Positions 27,838 through 35,359 of a stretch of 64,000 nucleotides of DNA are shown here, in pieces. The stretch covers positions 124,267 through 188,266 of the forward strand of contig JBAZNA010000001.1 of NCBI GenBank assembly GCA_041649475.1. Reading direction: 5' to 3'. A program made the position numbers and the translations under genes. The DNA is from Patescibacteria group bacterium (lineage in GTDB: Bacteria > Patescibacteriota > Patescibacteriia > Magasanikbacterales > GWA2-37-8). The notes under the pieces are model-generated. The model had not been told where the DNA came from and did no database searches. It saw only the letters and a list, made by a program, of their open reading frames with translations. How positions within the stretch are numbered: position 1 is the stretch's first letter; every line of letters begins with the position of its first letter.

Positions 27838-28949
27838 TGACCGACACGTCTGCTCCGGTCCCACTGGTTCTCGGTGCCGACACTTCCGAGAGCTACTCCG
27901 TGATTGTGCCGTCGGCCACGGCACAGGACGTTCACGACGTAGTCGGCCGTGTGGCGTCCTGCACACCCTCACCTCAGCTCGCCAGGGAGGTCGAGGCCTA
28001 CGCCGTCGCGCAGGTCGAAGCTGGCGCCCCGCTTTCGCTCGAGGAAAGCCGCATCACCGACCAGCTTCAGCGCGCCAACCTGAGCGTGCTTGATCATCTC
28101 CGCGTTCGTCTCACCGACGCCGCCGAGGCGGCCAGAGACGCCTACTACCGGGCCCGGAGCGCCACCTCCCAGTGCCTCAAGGGACTGCCCTGGCTTTGGC
28201 ACCTGCTCATCGTGGCCGGCGGCCTTGTCTTTGGCGCCTTCGCCGTCCGCGCTGCGACCTACGTGCTCTCGCTTCCGATGGAAGGAGTTGTCGTTCGACC
28301 GGCTCTGGACTCGGGTGCTCTCGATCCATCGGCCGAGTCGTGGCGGATGGCGATCAACATGTCGCAGGCGTTCGCCATCATCGCTGTCGCGCTTCCGATC
28401 GGATCCGCGATCTCGACCGGCGGCCGGTTGCATTGGTTCCTGAAGGTGCTGTGCATCCTCGTCGACCTTCTGTTCTCGGTCGCCTTCGCCGGCATCCGCT
28501 CCGAGCGCGGCTTCACTACCACGGCCATCTACTACACCGCCTTCGAGTTCGTCACTGTCTTCGGCTCCGCCATCTACGCCTTCGCGCTGGGCTCGATCCT
28601 CAAGGTGCATACCGACAGGAACGAGAAGAGGAAGCTGGCCGAGGCCGAGGAGGCGGCTTCGAAGCTCGAATACGAGGACAAGGTCCACGAGGCGCGGGCG
28701 GGCGACGAGGCGTTCGTCAAGCAGTACGACATCGTCGCGGCCCGCGAGCAGGCCGATGTCCGCCTGCCGCGCATCAAGGCCCTGCAGGCGGCCGTGGCCC
28801 GGAGGGAGTTTCTCGTCGCCCACGCCGAGATTTCCGAGCATGCAGTGGGCGGCCTCGTCGACGAGCTCGACGACACCGCTATTCGCGACCACCTGACCCA
28901 AGAGCTCGCCGAGCTGACGCAGAAGGAAGGAAACCATGTCAACGCTTGA
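27834..28949 (+). CDS. Membrane protein (about 4 TM helices) with coiled coils
   Basis: Translationally coupled; central hydrophobic helices flanked by heptad-rich segments. Confidence 0.65.
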   Translation: MMTDTSAPVPLVLGADTSESYSVIVPSATAQDVHDVVGRVASCTPSPQLAREVEAYAVAQVEAGAPLSLEESRITDQLQRANLSVLDHLRVRLTDAAEAARDAYYRARSATSQCLKGLPWLWHLLIVAGGLVFGAFAVRAATYVLSLPMEGVVVRPALDSGALDPSAESWRMAINMSQAFAIIAVALPIGSAISTGGRLHWFLKVLCILVDLLFSVAFAGIRSERGFTTTAIYYTAFEFVTVFGSAIYAFALGSILKVHTDRNEKRKLAEAEEAASKLEYEDKVHEARAGDEAFVKQYDIVAAREQADVRLPRIKALQAAVARREFLVAHAEISEHAVGGLVDELDDTAIRDHLTQELAELTQKEGNHVNA

Positions 28950-29439
28950 TGTTGAGGATCCGATCTTTTCACCTTTGGCTCGTCTCGATTCGGCTGAAGT
29001 GCTCAACGCGCGGCGGCGCATCTTCGTGGCGCGGCTCAAGCGCGTGCTCGCCCGTCTGGTCGCCGAGGCACTCATCGACGAGTCCCGGTTCAAGATCAAC
29101 GCGGCCGAGGATGCCGCTGCGATGCCCTGGCGGCCGTCACGCCCGCGCACCTCGTGGTGGCGCCGGTTCAGAGCAAACATCGGCCTCGACTCCGCCCAGC
29201 CCGTGGATGCCAGCGCGGGCGATCGGCTTTCCCTCGCCGAGGCCCGCGTCAAGACGGCGAAGGCGCAGCACGAGCGTCTCATCCACTTCGATCTCCCCGA
29301 ACTGCTGCGCCGGGCCGAGGAGACCGCCGACTCCGTCGAGAAACTCGACGGCCGGACCGCTGGGGTTCAGCCGGACCAGGACGCGCAGCCGCCGAAAAAC
29401 GGACGCCGGGCCAGCGGCCAGTCGCAGGTGCGGAGCTAG
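28936..29439 (+). CDS. Hypothetical protein
   Basis: AAGGA RBS; overlaps the previous stop. Confidence 0.6.
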   Translation: MSTLDVEDPIFSPLARLDSAEVLNARRRIFVARLKRVLARLVAEALIDESRFKINAAEDAAAMPWRPSRPRTSWWRRFRANIGLDSAQPVDASAGDRLSLAEARVKTAKAQHERLIHFDLPELLRRAEETADSVEKLDGRTAGVQPDQDAQPPKNGRRASGQSQVRS

Positions 29440-29442
29440 ATC

Positions 29443-29754
29443 ATGCTCGGCTGCATCCTGCTCATCGGCATCGTTGTCGGCGGCATCTTGATGATGCTTG
29501 GCTTCACCTCGGCTGCGAAGCGCCTGGGCGTCGTCATCCTCCTCCTCGCGCTCGCTGGCCCTCTCGTCATGGCCGTCGTCGACGGGCTTCACTGGGTCCG
29601 CCTCGATTGGCTCGCGTGGGCTGTCGTTCCGCTGCTTGTCCTCGGCTTCATCGTCGCCTTCGTGCAGTTCACCAACCGTCGGCGGGCGGTGAACAAGTGG
29701 CTCGGCGAGAAGAAGACCTCGGCCAAGACCCGGCTGGACAGCGATGACGCTTGA
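29443..29754 (+). CDS. Small membrane protein (about 3 TM helices)
   Basis: Highly hydrophobic ORF within the operon. Confidence 0.65.
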   Translation: MLGCILLIGIVVGGILMMLGFTSAAKRLGVVILLLALAGPLVMAVVDGLHWVRLDWLAWAVVPLLVLGFIVAFVQFTNRRRAVNKWLGEKKTSAKTRLDSDDA

Positions 29755-31294
29755 TTTTTCCAACCTTCGTCTCATCTTCCGTCGGGGCGGGGCCACGAGT
29801 GAGCCAGTCGCTCCGGCGGAAGATGAGGTCGTCATCGGCTACACCGAGAACAAGCGACCCGTGACCCTCGGCAAGCCCTCGCAGGACCGAGGGCACCACC
29901 ACCTTGTCGTCGGGGCCACCGGGTGCCACAAGACGGTGCTCCTCTCTGCAGCCCTCGCCACTGAAGTCGCCCGAACGCCCAGAGAGGAACTCGGCTTGGT
30001 GCTCGTCGATCCTAAGGGGGATCTGCTGACCTTTCTCCATGCGCTGGCCGCCTGCGCCCCAGACCGGCTCGCCGACTGCGTTGTGATCGACCCCTTTGCC
30101 GTCAGCCCGTTCCCGTTCAACCTCACCAGGCTGGACCGCACCGGCGTCCCGCTCGAACTCCGCGCGCTTGAGCTTGCGCTCCTGTGCGCATCGCTCAGCA
30201 CGGAACAGGGCAGCCAAAAGAGCCTCGGCGCCGGCAGCCGCCAGATCGACGTCACGCAGAACGTCCTCGCGGCCGTTCTCGCTGCCGATCACGCCAAGGC
30301 GAATCCCACCTGGGCCGTCGACGCGCTCGTCGCTCCTCGGGGCAAAGGGTTGAAGCAGTTGGCTGAGTTTGCCGCGGGCGCGGGCCGGGCCAAGCAGTTC
30401 CTCGAGACCGCCTTCTTGAGTGACGAGCTCGCGGCGTCGTGCGCTGCGCGTCTCCGCCTGGCCTTCACGGCGTCGACCGCGATCGAGCGCATGATGGCTG
30501 CAGACACCTCAGTCCAGTTTGCGGACCTGACTGCACCGGGTCGCATCGTGCTCATCGACTGCAGCCGCCCGACCGCCGGCCTGAGCGCCCTGCAAATCTA
30601 CTGGGCCAGTCTGCTCACCCGGCTCCTTCTCTCCCACCTCATCCAAGCCAGGCCATGCCCGTCCCGAGGACACCACCACCTGAGAATCGTCGTTGACGAG
30701 GCGCCCATGGTACTTAACTCGACGATCGTGGCCGAGGCGGTCAACACCTTGGTCACCACGGGCCGTTCGCGCAACCTGTCCATCGTTCTCATCTGTCAGG
30801 GCACGAGCCAGATCCAGGACCCGGCCTTGCTCTCGATTCTCGTCGGCAACACCACGCGCATCGTGGGCCGATGTTGCGCCAAAGATGCCGACCTCCTTGC
30901 CCGCGATGTTGCGCCCGGCGCCGGCGTTGACGAAAGCGCGTCGTCGGTCAGGGCACGCGTCAGTTCGTCGATTTCGAATCTCGCCGACGGTGAGTTCTAT
31001 CGCTTCGGCCCGGGTCGAAGGGAGAGGTTCACCAACATCCAGGTGGACATGAACGCCTGGAAGACGGCGGCCCAGCGCCACGCCGCGGCGATCGGGGCGG
31101 CCAGGAACCGGCTGGCCATGCCGCCGGATTTCAGTCCTCGCGTCAGTCTCGCCGACGCCCTGGCCGAGCGTCGGGCTCAGCAGAAGAGGCAGGACAAGTC
31201 CTCGCCGAGCAAGTCGCGACCGCGCTCCGGCTCCGCTGCAACCAGCGACGAGTCGACGGGGCCTAAGCCGAAGCCGCGCTCGAGGTGGGGCTGA
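29744..31294 (+). CDS. Second VirD4/TraD-like coupling ATPase
   Basis: 'HHLVVGATGCHKT', 'VDPKGDL', 'VVDEAP', 'GRSRNLSIVLICQ'. Confidence 0.8.
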   Translation: MTLDFSNLRLIFRRGGATSEPVAPAEDEVVIGYTENKRPVTLGKPSQDRGHHHLVVGATGCHKTVLLSAALATEVARTPREELGLVLVDPKGDLLTFLHALAACAPDRLADCVVIDPFAVSPFPFNLTRLDRTGVPLELRALELALLCASLSTEQGSQKSLGAGSRQIDVTQNVLAAVLAADHAKANPTWAVDALVAPRGKGLKQLAEFAAGAGRAKQFLETAFLSDELAASCAARLRLAFTASTAIERMMAADTSVQFADLTAPGRIVLIDCSRPTAGLSALQIYWASLLTRLLLSHLIQARPCPSRGHHHLRIVVDEAPMVLNSTIVAEAVNTLVTTGRSRNLSIVLICQGTSQIQDPALLSILVGNTTRIVGRCCAKDADLLARDVAPGAGVDESASSVRARVSSSISNLADGEFYRFGPGRRERFTNIQVDMNAWKTAAQRHAAAIGAARNRLAMPPDFSPRVSLADALAERRAQQKRQDKSSPSKSRPRSGSAATSDESTGPKPKPRSRWG

Positions 31295-31677
31295 TGTTGA
31301 AGACCGTCCTCGTCATGCCGCTCAAGCTGCTCTGGTGGACCATCAGGATCACCGCCCGGCTCGCACTCCTTCTGCTCGAGTCCGCCTTCTGGTTGTTCCA
31401 TGCGGTGCGGTGGCTCGTCACCATCGCCGACGACTTCTTCAAGGCGAAGCGCTTGATGCCTGCCGGGGAACTGCACTGTCCGCGCGGTCATCTGGTCCTG
31501 CCGGCTCGCGAGAAACAGGTGGCCAAGTGCGAGGCCTGCGGCTGGACGTTTGAGGCGTCTGGGTTCGACATCCTCGTGTGCAAGAACCCCGAGTGCGTCA
31601 GCCCTCAGACTTCGTACATCAACTGCCCCACCTGTGGTCTAAGCGTCCGCAATCCTTATAGGCTTGGTCGCCCATGA
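31285..31677 (+). CDS. Zinc-ribbon protein with hydrophobic N-terminus
   Basis: CPRGH, CEACG, CKNPEC, CPTCG. Confidence 0.65.
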   Translation: MGLMLKTVLVMPLKLLWWTIRITARLALLLLESAFWLFHAVRWLVTIADDFFKAKRLMPAGELHCPRGHLVLPAREKQVAKCEACGWTFEASGFDILVCKNPECVSPQTSYINCPTCGLSVRNPYRLGRP

Positions 31678-32546
31678 GCGTGCGTGCGGCCAAGCGGTCG
31701 AGGACGGTCCGGTGCAAGGGTAAGCACGGCCTCGAGATCACCGAGCGCGACACCGCTATTCTCATCCTCCTCGGCAACGTCCGGTTCGCCACTCCGAACC
31801 AGATCAGTCGCGAGCTGTTCTCGAGCCTCGACCGCTGTCGCCGACGCCTTCGACAACTCTTCGACGCCGGCTACATCGTCATCACGATCTCCTCCTCGCG
31901 CCACCCGAACCTCGTCTCGCTCACGAAGGCCGGGCTTGACGTCGCCAGCCAGGCTGCGCCTCACGTCGCAGACCGGCTCAGACTGGCTGGTGCCATTAGG
32001 CTCGCCGGCATCGAGCACCACTTGCTGTGCACCGACATTCGGCTCTTTGCGGTCGCTCTCGGCGAGCTTCGGCATGCGCCCCTGGCTCGCTGGGCCAACG
32101 CAGGCGGCGACCTCGTCCGCGAGCTCGATCTTGCTCGCTTCCACATCCAGCCCGACGCTGTCGCCCAGTACACCATCAATCCCTCCGGAGACGCGATCCA
32201 CATCGCCATCGAAGCGGACTGCGCCACGCAGTCGGTCTCCTCGGTCCTCGTCGGCAAGCTTCGGCGCTACGCTCAGGCTGCCGCGCAGACGAGTCTCGAC
32301 GCTCTGTGGTTGGTGACCTCCGGCGGGGAGCAGCGGCGGGCGAACATCGACGCATTGTTGAACCAACAGGGACTCGAGCAGTTCGTGCGGGTGCTGTCGC
32401 GCGCGCACGTCATCGCCCGACCGGTTCGGGAGCTGCCGGCGCGCGGGGGGAGTAGGGCCGTTCAAGGCCCTATTACGACCTCCTTCCTCGACTCTGATTC
32501 TAGTTGCACCTCGCGGTGTTCAAACACCGAGGGTCGCAGTCGGTAG
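31674..32546 (+). CDS. Second Replic_Relax-family relaxase
   Basis: 'ITERDTAIL', 'RRRLRQL', 'IEHHLLCTD', 'QPDA', 'AIEADCAT', 'KLRRY'. Confidence 0.78.
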   Translation: MSVRAAKRSRTVRCKGKHGLEITERDTAILILLGNVRFATPNQISRELFSSLDRCRRRLRQLFDAGYIVITISSSRHPNLVSLTKAGLDVASQAAPHVADRLRLAGAIRLAGIEHHLLCTDIRLFAVALGELRHAPLARWANAGGDLVRELDLARFHIQPDAVAQYTINPSGDAIHIAIEADCATQSVSSVLVGKLRRYAQAAAQTSLDALWLVTSGGEQRRANIDALLNQQGLEQFVRVLSRAHVIARPVRELPARGGSRAVQGPITTSFLDSDSSCTSRCSNTEGRSR

Positions 32547-32554
32547 GCGGGCCG

Positions 32555-32899
32555 ATGGGCGGGTTCGATAGGACGGGCGGACACGAACACCGACGGTCGG
32601 CCTACTCGCCGCGCGCCCGGGAACCCCAGCTCGTCGATCTTCCGCTCATCATCGACATCATCCGTGAGGTTCTGCGTGAGGAGCTCAGCGCGTGTGCTAT
32701 GCTCGCAGCGACTGAACTCCCGTCGCGCCGAAGAGAGGAGGGTGAACAATCATGGCGCGACCCAAGGAAGGACCACGCGTCCGAGGTCCGTACCGCTACG
32801 ACGGAGGACGACGATGGCGAGTCGACGTTTTCAAGGGCAGAGGCGAGGAGGATCCTGAGCTCCACTACTACGAGACGGAAAAGGAAGCTCGGCAGGTAG
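32555..32899 (+). CDS. Hypothetical protein overlapping the integrase start
   Basis: ORF between relaxase and integrase ('LIIDIIREVLREEL'). Confidence 0.4.
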   Translation: MGGFDRTGGHEHRRSAYSPRAREPQLVDLPLIIDIIREVLREELSACAMLAATELPSRRREEGEQSWRDPRKDHASEVRTATTEDDDGESTFSRAEARRILSSTTTRRKRKLGR

Positions 32900-33963
32900 T
32901 CCAGTCGCTGAGAAGAGCGATGGGTCAGCAGCAGGACCGCACCATCGACGACGCCTTGAAGGAGTACGAGCGGCACATGCGGGAGAAGGGGAACAAGCCG
33001 AAGTCGATCACGGAGACGACCCGCAGACTCCGACTCTTCTTCCCGGACCTCGAGATGCCGCTCGCCGCGTTCAACTCCAGCCGCGCTCAGACGTACTACG
33101 ACGAGCTCTGCCAGCGACCAACGATGCAGCCGAAGCGGCAACAGGTCGACGGAGACGAGGTGGCGTCGCTGCGTGAACAGAAGCTCTCGTGGCGCGACAT
33201 CTGTGCCAAGCTCAAGTGCGGTCGGTCGGCTGCGATGCGCGCGCTAGAGCAGCGAGGCCAGCCCGAGCCCGAGTCCCGCAAGCTGTCAGTCGACAGCCAT
33301 CGCAACATGCTCGCCGAGGCCAAGTCGTTCACCCGCTGGTGCACGGAGGACAAGCGCTGGCTCAAGGCGAACCCCCTCGAGGCCGTCAAGGGCAAGGGCA
33401 AGCGCAAGCACGGCAAGCTGCAGCTGCGCATCGACGAGACGCGCAAGTGGGTCGCCAAGGCGCTCGAGTTGGCGGGGCAGGGCGAGGAGGGCGCGATCGC
33501 GGCCCTGCTCACGCTGTACCTCAACCTGCGCTGCAGCGAAGTGGTGACCCGAGTCGCGCGCGATGTCGACGACAACGGCCGGGTGCTCTGGGTGCCGGAC
33601 AGCAAGACCGAGAAGGGCAAGCGTACGCAGGAAGTCCCGCCGGAGTTGCGGCCGTTCCTCTTGCAGCTCACGTCGGGCAAGACCGCCGATGCCAAGCTGT
33701 TCGGCTGTGCCTCGCGCGACTGGCCGCGTCATTGGGTGCAGCGGATCTGCGCCTTGGCGGGAGTGCCCGTCGTCTGCGCTCACGGCATGCGCGGCACTCA
33801 CTCGAGCATCGCGCACGCCTTCGGCTTCACGAGCCGCGCCGTCGCCGACGCGATGGGGCATGAGTCCGAGAAGACCACGATCGAGAGCTACACGGACCCG
33901 TCGGTCGTGGCGAACGCGCAGCAGAAGCGCATGCTGCAGGTCCTGAATGGGGGCCGAGCTTGA
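32752..33963 (+). CDS. Tyrosine integrase
   Basis: GGAGG RBS; arm-binding-like N-terminus; 'LRCSE', 'SKTEKG', 'HGMRGTH', 'MGH...TTIESY'. Confidence 0.88.
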   Translation: MARPKEGPRVRGPYRYDGGRRWRVDVFKGRGEEDPELHYYETEKEARQVVQSLRRAMGQQQDRTIDDALKEYERHMREKGNKPKSITETTRRLRLFFPDLEMPLAAFNSSRAQTYYDELCQRPTMQPKRQQVDGDEVASLREQKLSWRDICAKLKCGRSAAMRALEQRGQPEPESRKLSVDSHRNMLAEAKSFTRWCTEDKRWLKANPLEAVKGKGKRKHGKLQLRIDETRKWVAKALELAGQGEEGAIAALLTLYLNLRCSEVVTRVARDVDDNGRVLWVPDSKTEKGKRTQEVPPELRPFLLQLTSGKTADAKLFGCASRDWPRHWVQRICALAGVPVVCAHGMRGTHSSIAHAFGFTSRAVADAMGHESEKTTIESYTDPSVVANAQQKRMLQVLNGGRA

Positions 33964-34006
33964 CAACGAAACGTCTCGTTTCGTTGTCAGCGGGCCCGGA
34001 CAACAA

Positions 34007-34038
34007 GAAGGGGTTTCGCATCTCTGCGAAACCCCTTC
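34007..34038. terminator. Strong hairpin (probable bidirectional terminator)
   Basis: GAAGGGGTTTCGCA-TCTC-TGCGAAACCCCTTC, a perfect 14 bp stem. Confidence 0.8.
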
Positions 34039-34044
34039 TGTTCC

Positions 34045-34090
34045 GGTGGAGCTGAACGGGATCGAACCGTCGGCCTCCTGAATGCCATTC
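34045..34090 (-). other. 3' half of a tRNA-Ala(GGC): attachment-site core (attP-like)
   Basis: Minus strand GAATGGCATTCAGGAGGCCGACGGTTCGATCCCGTTCAGCTCCACC gives anticodon loop, T arm and acceptor 3' strand; no 5' half present. Confidence 0.85.
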
Positions 34091-34352
34091 GTCGGGAAAG
34101 CAGGGGGCTACGAGTAGTTGTCAGGTGGTTTCGTTGTCAGCCGCGACGGGAGTTCAGTCATTCTCGTGGCTTATAGCTGACAAGGATTCGTTCGGTGACC
34201 AATCCTAGCATGGGGTTCAGCAGTTGTGGTGATCGGGTTGTCGTCGTGCAACACCGCGGACTGTCACGCGGAGACGCGATCTCCGTCGGGAGCATGGTCT
34301 TCACCTGCGGTGGGACTTGAAACCTGAACGGATGATCTGTAGCTTGGCCGGC

Positions 34353-34916
34353 ATGTGGTACTTGAACCTGAGCGGCTTGAACATGAAGCTCGGCCCCTTC
34401 ACGACCGAGGGCCTCCGCGATGCGCTGAGCAAGGGCGTGCTGCGCGCGGATACGGTGGTCGAGGACACCGGGGGCCGCCGGTCTTCGGTCGGTGACATCG
34501 TGGGCGCACCCGGGACGTCGACCCTGGAGAACGTCATCCTTGGGGCACTCGCCGTGGGAGGGGCCGCCGCCATCCTCCACAGCATCTTCGGCAAGAAGTC
34601 GCGCGTTGGAATCTCGAAGGAGGAGCGGAACAGCATCCTTCGGTCGGGGCGCGTACACGAACGGCAGGGCGCCTTGCTCGTCTGCATGGACCATGTGCCG
34701 GCTGCCTGCCCGCCCCCGAAAGTTGGTAGACGGCGGCCCGATCTGGTCGCCTACTACGACGACAAGATTGTCGCGGAGGAGCACGAGACCATCGCGACCG
34801 TCTTCAAGAAGCACTCGGTTGAACAGAACCGGGATCTGCGCAGAGAAACGAAGCGCTGCGGCTGGGAGTACCGGCAGGTCATCGCCGAGCTCCCAGACTT
34901 GGACCTCAACGACTGA
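34353..34916 (+). CDS. GYF_2 (DUF4339)-like domain, TM helix and PD-(D/E)XK-like C-terminus
   Basis: 'WYL...LGPFTTEGL...GVLRADTVV'; TM segment; 'RRPDLVAY...AEEHET'. Confidence 0.55.
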   Translation: MWYLNLSGLNMKLGPFTTEGLRDALSKGVLRADTVVEDTGGRRSSVGDIVGAPGTSTLENVILGALAVGGAAAILHSIFGKKSRVGISKEERNSILRSGRVHERQGALLVCMDHVPAACPPPKVGRRRPDLVAYYDDKIVAEEHETIATVFKKHSVEQNRDLRRETKRCGWEYRQVIAELPDLDLND

Positions 34917-34928
34917 CTGGTCGGTTCC

Positions 34929-35195
34929 TCACACACCCGCAGTCTGAATCACGTAAAAGCCCTGGGGGTGGACGTATTCCCGCTCGAGGCCATGGGCGAT
35001 GGCCGAAGCCATCGCCTGGGTGCGGTGCTGGCTCATGATGTCCCATCGCATGCGGTCGTTCGCGCAGTCCCAGTGCCGGACCGCCTTGGTGATGCCCACG
35101 CAATGGGCGCCGTCGCGCCGCGCGACAGGGTCCTTGGATACGCCGAAGCAAACCTCGCCCTGATCGTAGTTGATAGCGCGATAGACGAGGAACAT
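34929..35195 (-). CDS. Small GIY-YIG-like protein
   Basis: 'LVYRAIN...VCFGVSKDPVARR..AH' and a later Glu; degenerate motif. Confidence 0.5.
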   Translation of the reverse strand: MFLVYRAINYDQGEVCFGVSKDPVARRDGAHCVGITKAVRHWDCANDRMRWDIMSQHRTQAMASAIAHGLEREYVHPQGFYVIQTAGV

Positions 35196-35359
35196 CTCGG
35201 ACCTCTCTCTTCGAACCCGACTCCCAGCTGCGGCGATGAACGCGTACAGGAGCAACTACTACTAGCGCAGACACGAAAACAGGCCCGAGGGGTATCACCC
35301 CGGGGCCCGTTCATTGGCTTTTCACATCAGGTTGCCTGAAGCAAAACAGAAGGCCTCTC

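Noticed and set aside
34045-34090. Functional tRNA gene
   Set aside because: The D arm and 5' acceptor strand are missing; treated as an att core.
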